From: Convolutriloba macropyga
Lineage: Eukaryota
Direction: 5' to 3'
DNA length: 64,000 bases
Assembly (NCBI RefSeq): GCF_964194025.1
Contig: NC_134468.1
Coordinates: forward strand, 40,920,001 to 40,984,000
Shown here one piece after another: positions 53,366 through 64,000 of this stretch. The position numbers and the translations under genes are program-made. Numbering within the stretch: the first letter of the stretch is position 1; each line of letters opens with the position of its first letter. The notes below the pieces were generated by a model. The model did no database searches. It was not told the origin of the DNA and saw only the letters and a list, made by a program, of their open reading frames with translations.

Positions 53366-54312
53366 TTTTCGGTTAGTGAACACTAGGAAAATTTTCGGCC
53401 TATTGAACACACGAAAAAATTTTCAGCTAATTGAACACTAGGAAAGTTTTCGGCTAATTGAACACTCGAAAAGTTTTCGGCTAATTGAAAACTCGGAAAT
53501 TTTTTCGGCTTATGCACACTAAGAAATCTTTCGGCTAAATGAACACTCAAAAATTTTCGGCTAATTGAAGACTACGAAATTTTTCGGCTCAATAAACAAT
53601 CGAAAATTTTTCGGCTAATTGAACACTTGATAATTTTTCGGCTAATTGAACACTCGAAAAATTTTCGGCTAACTGAACACTTGAGAAATTTTCGGCTAAC
53701 TGAACACTCAAAAAAATTTCGGCTAATTGAACACTTGAGAATTTTTTGGCTAATTGAACACTCGAAAATTTTTCGGCTAATTGAAAACTCGAAAACTTTT
53801 CGGCTAATTGAATACTCGAAAACTTTTCGGCTAATTGAACACTTGAAAATTTTTCGGCTAATTGAAAACTCGAAAAAATTTCGGCTAATTGAACCTTTGA
53901 AAAATTTTCGGCTAATTGAGCACCTAAGGTTATTCGGCTAATTGAGCACTCAAATTTATTCGGCTAATTGAGCACCCAATTTATTCGGCTAATTGAGCAC
54001 CCAAAGTTATTCGGCTAATTGAGCACCCAAGTTATTCGGCTAATTGAGCACCCAAAGTTATTCGGCTAATTGAGCACCCAAAGTTTTTCGGCTAATTGAG
54101 CACTCAAAGTTATTCGGCTAATTGAGCAGCCAAGTTATTCGGCTAATTGAGCACCCAAAGTTATTCCGCTTATTCAGCACTCAAAGTTGATTGGATAATT
54201 GAGCACTCAAAGTTATTCGGCAAGTTGAGCACCCAAGTTATTCGGCTAATTGAGCACTCAAAGTTGTTCGGCTAATTGAGCACGCAAGTGATTCGGCTAA
54301 TTGAGCACTCAA
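53366..54312. repeat. 25-27-bp minisatellite (~36 units) in the retrotransposon 5' leader
   Basis: Units TTTTCGGCTAATTGAACACTCGAAAAA to ~53915, then GTTATTCGGCTAATTGAGCACCCAAA. Confidence 0.95.
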
Positions 54313-54489
54313 TTTTTTTTTCGATTACTTGTGTCTAAGTTGGGGGTCCGCCGCCAGTGTGGATATAGGTAGCACCAGTTAGAAATAGAGTTTACTTAGA
54401 AGTTTAGAATGTTGAAGACTAAGGTTTTGCCTAACAGTTTTTTTTCCACACTTCCCTGCCCCAAATAACACCGGTCGAACAAACGTCCA

Positions 54490-56060
54490 ATCCACTGTGT
54501 GCCAGAAGACCAAAAACTGTCACTGCCTTAGCCCCTTTTCGCTACAACACCAATAGCAGTCACTAACCCGAGCTCTGTGCACCAGAAGTACTAATAGTAG
54601 TCACTGACCCAGCCTCTGTGCGCCAGAACTTCCAATAGTAGTCACTGACCCAGCCTCTGTGCACCAGAAGTACCAATAGTAGTCACAGACCGAGCCTCTG
54701 TGCGCCAGAAGTTCCAATAATTGCCACTGAACCAGACTCTGCGTGCCAAAAGTACCAATAGTAGTCACAGACCGAGCCTCTGTGCGCCAGAAGTTCCAAT
54801 AATTGCCACTGAGCCAGACTCTGCGTGCCAAAAGTACCAATAGTATTCCCTGACCGAGCCTCTGTGCGCCAGTATTTCCAATAGTTGCCACTGAGCCAGC
54901 CTCTGTGTGCCAGAAGTTCCAAGAATCGCCACTGAACCAGACTACGCGTGCCAAAAGTACCAATAGCAGTCACTAACCCGAGCTCTGTGCACCAGAAGTA
55001 CTAATAGTAGTCACTGACCCAGCCTCTGTGCGCCAGAACTTCCAATAGTAATCACTGACCCGGCCTCTTTGCACCAGAAGTACCAATAGTAGTCACAGAC
55101 CGAGCCTCTGTGCGCCAGAAGTTCCAATAATTGCCACTGAACCAGACTCTGCGTGCCAAAAGTACCAATAGTATTCACTGACCGAGCCTCTGTGCGCCAG
55201 TAGTTCCAATAGTTGCCACTGAGCCAGCCTCTGTGTGCCAGAAGTTCCAAGAATCGCCACTGAACCAGCCTCTGTGTGCCAGAAGGTCCAATAGTAGTCA
55301 CTGACCCAGCTTCTGTGTACCAGAAGTACCAATAGTAGTCACTGACCGAGCCTCTGTGCGCCAGAAGTTCCAATAGTTGCCACTGAACCAGTCTCTGTGT
55401 GCCAAAAGTACCAATAGTAGTCACTGACCGAGCCTTTGTGCGCCAGAAGTTCTAATCGTTGCCACTGAACCAACCTCTGTGTGCCAAAAGTACCAATAGT
55501 AGTCACTGACCGAGCCTCTGAGCGCCAGAAGTTCCAATAGTTGCCACTGAACCAGCCTCTGTGTGCCAAAAGTACCAATAGTAGTCACTGACCGAGCCTC
55601 TGTGCGCCAGAAGTTCCAATAGTTGCCACTAAACCAGCCTCTGTGTGCCAAATGTGTCAATAGTAGTCACTGCCCGAGCCTTTGTGCGCCAGAAGTTCCA
55701 ATAGTTGCCACTGAATCAGCCTCTGTGTGCCAAAAGTACCAATAGTAGTCACTGACCGAGCCCCTGTGCGCCAGAAGTTCCAATAGTTGCCACTGAACCA
55801 GCCTCTGTGTGCCAAAAGTACCAATAGTAGTCACTGACCGAGCCTCTGTGCGCCAGAAGTTCCAATAGTTGCCACTGAACCAGCCTCTGTGTGCAGTACC
55901 AATAGTAGTCACTGACCGAGCCTCTGTGCGCCAGAAGTTCCAATAGTTGCCATTGAACCAGCCTCTGTGTGCCAAAAGAACCATTAGTAGTCACTGACCC
56001 AGCCTCTGTGCGCCAGAAGTTCCAATAGTTGTCACTAAACCAGCCTCTTTGCGCCGGAAG
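54490..56060. repeat. 41-bp minisatellite (~38 units, 82-bp dimer) in the retrotransposon 5' leader
   Basis: Alternating CCAATAGTAGTCACTGACCGAGCCTCTGTGCGCCAGAAGTT and CCAATAGTTGCCACTGAACCAGCCTCTGTGTGCCAAAAGTA; a variant block at 54551 recurs at 54961 (410-bp period). Confidence 0.95.
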
Positions 56061-56098
56061 ATGACGCAAATCGGACGATGTAATCCTTAACCCGATTA

Positions 56099-56116
56099 CT
56101 TTCACTTAGTGGACCA
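56099..56116 (-). promoter_or_regulatory. Primer-binding site, possibly tRNA-Tyr type
   Basis: TGGTCCACTAAGTGAAAG begins 3 nt inside the 5' LTR boundary. TGG-T-CC implies a primer with A73 and G72, the eukaryotic tRNA-Tyr identity. The remainder does not match a tRNA I recognise. Confidence 0.55.
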
Positions 56117-56119
56117 AAA

Positions 56120-56290
56120 TATTCGAGCTAGATATCGTCTAAGACTCGAACTACAGAAAACGGTAAAAGAACAATCTTTATTCAAGATAACAATACGTAT
56201 AGTACTCTATATTTTTCAACAATAGGCTCTTATTAGATCACACATAACAATCCTCAGTTCGTTCGTACACATAAGATATCTAAAGTAACA
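56120..56290 (-). repeat. 5' LTR (171 bp)
   Basis: Minus strand reads TGTTACTTT...CTCGAATA; abuts the TSD; differs from 46443-46613 at 4 positions. Confidence 0.92.
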
Positions 56291-59200
56291 TCAACCAATT
56301 AACACTAGTACACTAGTTAACATGCTAAAAATGTTTTGCCCTATAAATGTTTTCAAGGTCTTGCTTTTTTTGTTTTCGTACAATCATCGCTCTTGCTATG
56401 TGAAACTCATCATAATATCAATTACAACAACAGCGAGGCGAGATCACTTGAATCGCATGCAGGCACTCTCGTCACAAACTCGGCACATAAAGCAGCGAGA
56501 TTGACATTGAATACAAATATGTCTGTACAATCCAAACCCACAACGCGAGCGAGCTAATAGCAAAGCGCATCTTCAACTTAAAGAACGCAGCTTACAGAAA
56601 ATGACCCATTGTTTACCTTTAAAAAAATTCTGCCAAAAATACCCATTTTTGATGTTGTTTCTAAAATATTTCAAAACAAGCCTCATGTAGCCTCTCGGAC
56701 AAAGAAAGGTGCGGCACTGAAAAAATACAAGATAGATAGTTAGAAAATAACGAAAGTTAGGTACAAAATAACAATTATTTACAAATATCGAAAGAGATCA
56801 TATTTCATTTACATTTATTGTGATTTGATCATATGATCAATAGAATGCTATCCCTGCAGCGCTATTGAAACGGCTCTAAAATCATAACTTTTACAAAGAA
56901 CTTTGAACAACATAAAACGTGTACTGCCATGAAACAAAGAATTCAAAATGATATCGGAGTACCAGTATAAAAAATACGAAGCAATATATTTCTTCGCCAC
57001 TAAAGACAGATTTTCCAAGTATATAAACCGAGAAATATATGACTAAGCTACTGATCATGGTTAGTTGAGTTGTTGTCGAGATAATGTCTAGTGAGCAAAA
57101 CATCTTCTCACCAAGAGCCCCTAGGAGTATTTAACGCTCCGTCGTCAATTTCTCATTCTCAAGGTGAGAAACAATAAATTGTAACTAGCTCATTTTCTTT
57201 TGAAAGTCTTGCATAGTCTGTTACGGCGATAGCCGAGGTCTAATCTCGGCTATTACTGCGTTGATTTACATGCTGAACAGTGGAGGTAAAATCAAATCAA
57301 TATTTCGCAAATTTCCGGCTAGCTGAGCCTCAGGAAAACATGGGCACTCTGACAGTACCATCCTTTTCACAAATTTTCCTCTATTTGCATTATCGGAATT
57401 TCTTTAAATCGAACAATTCTGTAACCTTGACAAACTAAGGGCTAAAAATTTGTTGAAAACGGCTCAGAAACAAATGAAAACCCCCATAAGGTCCTCAGTT
57501 GCACTTATTTGGCCTAACGGGGTCTTTTTAGCTTCTGGCATCGTTTCATATCATTTTTCAACGATCCCGTGAAAAGGGGCCAAAAGCAATTCTGAAAGTG
57601 TGACACGTTACAACATTTTTAAAAGTTTAAGTTTTCACTCAAAATTTTTTGAAAGAATGCTTTTGACTTGGGAATCAGTTTGCACGTGTTACCCGAGTCT
57701 TTTGCAAGACTTGCAAGATTGTAAGACTTTTAATCAGACTTCCCTAATAACCGAAAATGAAATAAGTCTTGCATTGAAACATGCGTAGTTTTTATTTAGA
57801 CTTAAAATTTGGTAATGGGAAATGTCGTGAGGGTTTTTCCTAAACATTTTTTTTTCTATCAATTATCAACATACAACCAATGTTAGACGGGTCTTTTTGA
57901 GCATTTGAGATTTCAAGAGTCCAATTATGGGGCACTGTGGGGCGATTGCCCACAATTATGACCGGATAGGGTCACGTCTGATTTCGCCATCGGTAAACGT
58001 TTTGTTCGGACTCGAAAATAACAGGAGATCTTGAATTGCGGTAAAAACTTGATTTTCCTGGAAGCGCAGAAGAAAATGCTGCAAAATATGAACGTTTAAA
58101 AAAATCTTGATCGAAAATAGTCAGAACAGTTTTATTTGCAACTTAATAAAGAGAATACAAATATCATGCGTACTCGCAAACTTGGCAAAGGTTGTATTTT
58201 GATTTGAAAAAAACTTTTAGTGCCATTTGAATCGAAACCAAAAGTTCATGAATTGTGAAAAACTGAAAAAAAATTTTATGTTCGGCGATTGGTGTAGTAA
58301 GCCTTTAGAAACTCATATTTCAATTCGATTTCTAAATTGATTCGTTTTGGATTCATCAAATCAAATATCTTATTTAGAGATAATACGCATAGTATGACAA
58401 AAATACAACGAAAACCTTTGCTGAATATTTGATAAAAGTTACAGCGTAAAAACTCCTGGTTTCAATGCACTCCAAACTCAACTGTTCCAAATCAGCCGCG
58501 ACCATAAATAGGATTTGATAAAGGAAAAAGTATACATAATACCAAAACTCTCAGGATGCAACATCTAAATGCAAGATATTTGCATTTTGCTAAAAATCTT
58601 GTTGCCACAAAAAAGTCTGCGCAATTTTGCTTTTTTTTCGAGCGAAAAGCTGACCAGCCCGCAAAACATTTTTTTTCACTACAATCTCTGCCAAGTGAAC
58701 TGAAATTTGTTAACATTATTCGGCATTAAGTAAATGCGAAATAATATACAAAAAATGTCAGGCAAATTTTCGTTCTGAATTTGTAATACTTTCAACTCAA
58801 AGACCTGTTTCTTTGCAACTAGCAGATCTCCTCATTAGTTTTATTACTTGGAGCCACTCCAAGCAGCCAACAAGATTAGCACAATCAGTAGTAATAAAAA
58901 ACATATCACGATAGCAAAACGTCGAAAATATAGAGAAGAAAAAGTTCAACTATTACGAAATTTTTTTTTAACTTTTTGCAGAATATTCAAAAAATTTGCT
59001 ACGTTTACAAATAATGCCCATATAGTTCTTTTTTCTGTATTATATAATCAGTATGATTTAAAAAACAAGTAATGATTAAAAAACGAAATAGGCATGGCGA
59101 CTTGGTAGGGGGAGTCAGTATTTGTCTATATTAAATGGTTTTGTTCTATCAGAAATAAGAAAACCGAAAAGCCAGCCAATAAGCAAGAAAAAAAATAAGT

Positions 59201-59329
59201 CAACAAAGGACAGAACTTTTGAAATTAACAACTTGTACTAATTTAGAAATCAAATGTGAGAAACTTGTACAAAAATTGCACAAGAAAAACCCAGAAACTT
59301 TCTATTTTGGTTTTCTTTCTAGTTTTTGA

Positions 59330-59610
59330 ATCAATCAGTAGCATTAGAAAAGGCGGTGAAAACATAAAGCTCAGTCTCAGAAGACGCTATCGAGGCTTAC
59401 ATTGCACATTCTATAGATTTCAATCCAAAGTGAGACACACAATGCGGTAGACCATGGACAAATTTGTTAATGAAAGATCTTGATTAGTTGATGATGACCA
59501 AAAAGCAAGCAGAGGTGGAAAATTTATTTTAACGATAGAGAGTGCATCAAAATACAACCAGAAGGCGACGTTGCTTAGATTACACGAATGTATGTATGTT
59601 GAATGCATTA
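59330..59610 (+). mobile_element. Possible 3' relic of an RTE-like non-LTR retrotransposon
   Basis: Interrupted frame ...QCGRPWTNLLMKDLD*LMMTKKQAEVE resembles the GRPxxTW...DL...EAE C-terminus of such elements; followed by (TGTA)n-like tail. Confidence 0.28.
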
Positions 59611-59907
59611 ACCCATTTTAAGAAAATACGTACACGAATGCACAATCATGCATACAAAAGTGAGTGTATGTTGAATGCGAGAAGCCAGTCACATTAAAGA
59701 TGACGCCTAGTTTATTTAGAAAAAGAAATCTTAAAAGAAACTAAATCTCTAAAGCAAACCTCACAACTTACTTCTACCCGAATCAACAGCTAGAAAGTTA
59801 GCTATAATGTAAAAAAAACAGTTGATTTGACAATGTCTCTTGAGCAAATTAGAGTTTCCCTACAGACAAAAATTCTAGTTAGAAATTTTTAAAAATAACT
59901 GAACATA

Positions 59908-60107
59908 NNNNNNNNNNNNNNNNNNNNNNNNNNNNNNNNNNNNNNNNNNNNNNNNNNNNNNNNNNNNNNNNNNNNNNNNNNNNNNNNNNNNNNNNNNNNN
60001 NNNNNNNNNNNNNNNNNNNNNNNNNNNNNNNNNNNNNNNNNNNNNNNNNNNNNNNNNNNNNNNNNNNNNNNNNNNNNNNNNNNNNNNNNNNNNNNNNNNN
60101 NNNNNNN
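59908..60107. other. Assembly gap (200 N)
   Basis: Run of exactly 200 N, the form of an arbitrary scaffolding gap. Confidence 0.99.
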
Positions 60108-60600
60108 ATTTCAACAAAATATAGCTAACTTTGAGAAAAACTACCAAGAAAGTGAGCAAGAATAGTGAAAATCACTTAAGTGTTCACAGACTTCAAACCA
60201 CCATAACTCTTCATAAAAGAGGAAGTTCGAAAAACCCTCCAAATAAAATATTGTTTGTTCAACGGGCTTTCTGATGATACCACGCATTTTTCTCTACTAT
60301 GTCATCCGGTCAAAACTAACTGAAAAAAAAAAGAAACGGGTTGGGCAAAGAGTCACCCCTCTCACTAATGTGAGGCGGACCAAAAATTATTATGCAAGAT
60401 CCAGCTCGAGTTGACCAGTTTATGTCTGCTCATAAGGTTAACGAAAAGATACTGATAGTTTGTGAAAATATACTCTCTCTGTAGTCTTGAAATGTAAACA
60501 GTGAATGCTTGGTTTTGTAAAAAAATGTAATGGAAATAGAAGGCATTAATTCATTTGGGAAATACAATTTAGTTCAATTGTGATCCTCAACTTTGCTAAC

Positions 60601-60958
60601 TTAGGCATTGTGATAATGGCTCAGTGTTCTAGCAGATGGGTCAGTTTGTTCACCACACCACTTGGGCATCCAATGGTAAGGTGTCAGGTGACTTTGGTCT
60701 GGGTAAAACTCCTCAAACTTCTTCCTATAGTAAAATGCTTCTTTGGTTTTCGGCGTGTTGTAAGGATACAGATCCGAGGCAATTGAAAATTCAGCATCTG
60801 AGATCTGATTTTCGAGGTGTTCCTTCAAAATGCTGAACCAAGATCTCTCCTGAGGTGATACACCGTCACTGCATGCCTCCTTCCTTCGCCACAATATCTC
60901 ATCTGGGATCAAGTTGAGGTTGTCAAATGCTTTCCGGAGTGTGTATTTCTCCATATTG
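60601..60958 (-). CDS. ASNS: Asparagine synthetase (glutamine-hydrolysing), terminal coding exon
   Basis: Translates NMEKYTLRKAFDNLNLIPDEILWRRKEACSDGVS...YPYNTPKTKEAFYYRKKFEEFYP...HYWMPKW...TDPSARTLSHYHNA*, collinear with the animal ASNS C-terminus. Acceptor ...tttag at 60959-60960, stop TAA at 60601-60603. Phase-2 join with the upstream exon (AA|C = Asn) keeps frame. Confidence 0.95.
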
Positions 60959-61496
60959 CTAAACATAAATGATAAAAAGTTTGCTTTCTGGAAAGAATAT
61001 CAACTGTCTCAGTTCAAAAGTGACTTCAAGAGTACACTTAAAAACTATAAATGATGAGAATATCAAACTGGAAAAAAAAATTTCGGATGGAAACCGAGGA
61101 TGAAGTCCTAGACGGAAGCAACCTCTGATCAGACAACCTTGGAGAGCACAAATGTGTAACGTGCCCCGAATTACATAGTCTAGAAATCTGTACGAAAGTC
61201 TGGACAATGCCATAGAACTTGTCTAATTAAAAACTTGTTTAACCTCTCCGTCTTTTCAATTCTTTCAGACCGTTACTTGCATTATTTGTACGAATATCTG
61301 AGCTTAGTTTAATCTGCATAAGCATTCGCTCACACAGAACAAATGTAATTCATACTTGATAACAAGGGTATTAGAGTAGTGATGAGATCGCAAGCATCCC
61401 AAAAAATGTCAAAAATCCAAAATATTGGCACTATAATATTGACAAGAGTTTATTACCCTAAAAGTTTTTGAGGACAATTATTCTGATTTTGTTTAC

Positions 61497-61728
61497 TTGA
61501 TTGGTTTCTTTTCCTCATTTGGCAGCTGTAGGTAGGTATGAACAAAGTAGTGATCCAAAAAGGGAACCCTGAGCTCCAATCCATGCGCAGCTGTGGTTCT
61601 GTCTGCCCTGAGTACATCAAACAGATAGAGGTCATTGAGCAGTCTGATTGACTCCTCGTATGCCTCCCGGTCAGAGGGTGCGTTGAAGAAGTATATGTAG
61701 CCCTGAGTCACTTCATCCGAACCCTCGC
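61497..61728 (-). CDS. ASNS: Asparagine synthetase, penultimate coding exon
   Basis: Translates [19 protein letters not shown]...[27 protein letters not shown], the hallmark synthetase-domain motifs. Acceptor tacAG at 61729-61730, donor GTaaac at 61495-61496; the 538-bp GT-AG intron 60959-61496 follows. Upstream exons lie beyond the window. Confidence 0.95.
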
Positions 61729-61754
61729 CTGTATTTCATGTGAATGTAGTTTTT

Positions 61755-64000
61755 AAACAAGGAGGCTCGGTAATGTGCTATCGCACATATGGTTCCGACC
61801 GCGCTCATCCATAATTTTGGCATAATTTTCTACCAAATGAGGAACAGATAGAAAAACCTAAAAGTTATTTTGGGACTCCCAAAAAACAAAAAAAAACAAG
61901 TGCATGAACGAAAAGATAGCCTCCAAAGCAAGTAAGTCAGTGGAGTAAAAAAGGATGCACTAGATTGATGAGATATGCCAATATTAAGAAAGCAAGTAAA
62001 AACGGATGCACTAGATTGATGAGATATGCCAATATTAAGAAAGCAAGTTAAGACGAACAGCAAAATCAAACAAAAACAACAAACAATAATTACATCAAAA
62101 ACTTTGTCCGTTTTAAAAAACAAAACTAAATAACAAAGTCAACATACCGTCAGATAAAGCTGAAACTAAACAAAATAACTTATAAATCAACATAAGAGAT
62201 ATGGGACCAGTCCATAAAGAGTTTTGGTAACAATTAAACAAAAAGAACAAAAACAGTAAAGTTAAAAAAATTAACTTATTTCTTTGTTTTAGAACAATTA
62301 AATTCAAATTAATGAAGACCATTAGAAATCAATTAAAAAATCCCAGTTTACCATTACCAATGCTTCTATAGTAGGGCATTAAGATCTGTCTTTATTCAAA
62401 TTTTTACGCGGCTAAAAACAACAACAAAAAGACCACAAACAAAAATTAAATTAAAACTTGCCAGAAAAACCAATCGAAGCCGTAAAGCCATAATTTGGCA
62501 CCCAAAGTATATTGGATTGCGCCTTCCTCAAACGCCGATAATGTAGTATGTGAGACTAGGTTTTATTTTATTAATGTGACTCGGTAACAAGTAGACAAAA
62601 GGAAAAAAGAACAAAAGTAAGTAGTACCTTTGATTTTTTTTCGATACAAAATTTTTTTTAAGGTCATGAAAGCCATTAATTACAAAAGTAAATCATTAAA
62701 TAGGTTCTCTTATTCGTCTAGAAAAAGCTCCAGAGACCTGCAATTATGAAAGAAGCCCTTTCGTCTACAAAAAGAACGTCAAATATGACAAAAATCAAAC
62801 TAATTTACTTTTATTTTGTGAAAAACTGGTGTCGAAGCCAGTAAGGTCCTACTGAATTCTTTGAAAATATTAGATTTTGTGACACTAATCCCCTTTGACA
62901 CCTTCCCTTGACACCAATAACGTCATATTTGACCTGTAATTAACGACACTTGGTAACAAAGAGACAATAAGAAAACAAAATTGCGAAGTTGGAAAGTTTT
63001 TTTTATTTTGGAACACAATTGTTTTCAAAGTCATCAAAGCCATCGGCTATCTACTGATATCAGAATATCGGTCCATCAGGCTGATCTATTTTGTCATGAA
63101 AAGCCAACGAAACTTCTCATTATATAGGAGATTTCATGCGACTAAAACGACAAAGTAAAAACGACAGTTAGACAAAATTAAAAAAAATTCAACCAAATTC
63201 TTCAAGAAAAAAGTGTCGAGGCCGTTTAAACGATAATCAATATCTTTAGAAGTTCTAATATTCTTATTTGAGCCTTATTTGTATCGCCAATTTTGTGATA
63301 TAAGAACTTTCAATAATGCGATAATGTGACAAAACTGGAAAAAATAAAAAACTGGCAGATATCTAAATATGAAAAAAATCTGAAATCTAGTAGGGTCAAA
63401 GCCAGAAAACAATAATTTAAGACCTAAACCGCCATAGAATCTTATTTTTTAATCAGAAGAAAGAAGAAAAATTCTTTTTTGCTGACACTAAGCTACAAGT
63501 TGACCAAGTTAAAAAAAAAAGTAGAGGACAATTTCATCAAGCAAATGTTTATTTAAAAATTACTTATGTTTATAAGGCAGAACGACCATTAACTTTCAAG
63601 TAATAAACTAAAGACATTAACTTGGAGCTGCTCAGGAAGCAATTTGGACCTATCATTCTGGAGCTTTGATTTGATATGTTCTGTTCTTTAATTAACATAA
63701 AAAAGATCAACTTTTTTTTAAAAAAAGACCGACTGATTACCATCCGATTTTTTTTTGGATTGTAACAGTCCAAGATTGGTCCAAAACTAGCCCTGCTAAG
63801 GCTTACCGTCCATTAGGAACACTTAATTTTTAAGTTATAATTGTAGATTATTTGTTAGTTAAAACTCAAAAATAAATTCAGCGTTTTTGATAATCAACGT
63901 GTAAAGTTAGCAAAACGAAAAGTTTTAATTACAGAGCACTCTCAACAGAAGTTGAAGTAGAAATAGCCCCTTTTGAGTCTACAAAGGTTGTTTTAGTGTT
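61755..64000 (-). mobile_element. Non-autonomous Helentron/DINE-1-like element, copy 5, in an ASNS intron, truncated by the window end
   Basis: AAACAAGGAGGCTCGGTAATGTGC..CGCACAT..GTTCCGACC at 61755-61800; the interior is the reverse complement of the copy 3 interior (63700-63800 vs 29690-29790). Confidence 0.82.

Larger units (their letters stand above)
46443..56290 (-). mobile_element. Full-length but decayed BEL/Pao LTR retrotransposon (~9.85 kb)
   Basis: 171-bp direct repeats at both ends (4 mismatches), 5-bp TSD TCAAC at 46438-46442 and 56291-56295, PBS-like TGG site, and gag-protease-RT-RNaseH-integrase order with Pao-type motifs. Confidence 0.95.

Noticed and set aside
53627-53941. FRLIEHSK-repeat protein
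   Set aside because: Product of the 27-bp minisatellite; starts at TTG and is antisense to the element.
53366-56060. CRISPR-like array
   Set aside because: Units are contiguous tandem repeats with no unique spacers, no cas genes, eukaryotic retrotransposon context.
54601-56105. Trp-rich repetitive ORFs on the minus strand
   Set aside because: Translations of the 41/82-bp array; the period is not a multiple of 3, so the same peptides cycle through all frames.
59875-60159. ORF spanning Ns
   Set aside because: Artefact of the assembly gap; adjacency of ASNS to the left part of the window is also only scaffold-level.
61950-62048. 52-bp tandem duplication
   Set aside because: Ordinary local slippage inside Helentron-like copy 5.

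Overview
AT-rich, repeat-dominated eukaryotic (animal-like) DNA with one scaffold gap (59908-60107, 200 N); no prokaryotic features. The only firmly recognisable host gene is the 3' end of asparagine synthetase (ASNS, minus strand, last two exons 61497-61728 and 60601-60958). The largest object is a full-length but decayed BEL/Pao LTR retrotransposon (46443-56290, minus strand, 171-bp LTRs, TCAAC target-site duplication) with an unusual layout: a ~2.7-kb 5' leader built from two minisatellites, an extra SGNH-esterase-like ORF upstream of gag, a tRNA-like Pol III cassette after integrase, and two alternative PPT/LTR-start signatures. About a quarter of the window is one family of non-autonomous Helentron/DINE-1-like elements (four complete copies, one duplicated 3' part, one cut by the window end) whose interiors are a ~175-bp degenerate satellite arranged as dimers or trimers. 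Between 20 and 29 kb is a cluster of rearrangements: a 2.92-kb tandem duplication and a ~370-bp tandem duplication, each with a 10-bp duplicated insert at its junction, and a perfect 120-bp-arm palindrome, all around G-quadruplex-prone tracts. MITEs, hairpins, minisatellites and weak pseudogene/exon candidates fill the rest. All alignments and translations were done by eye; no database search was run.
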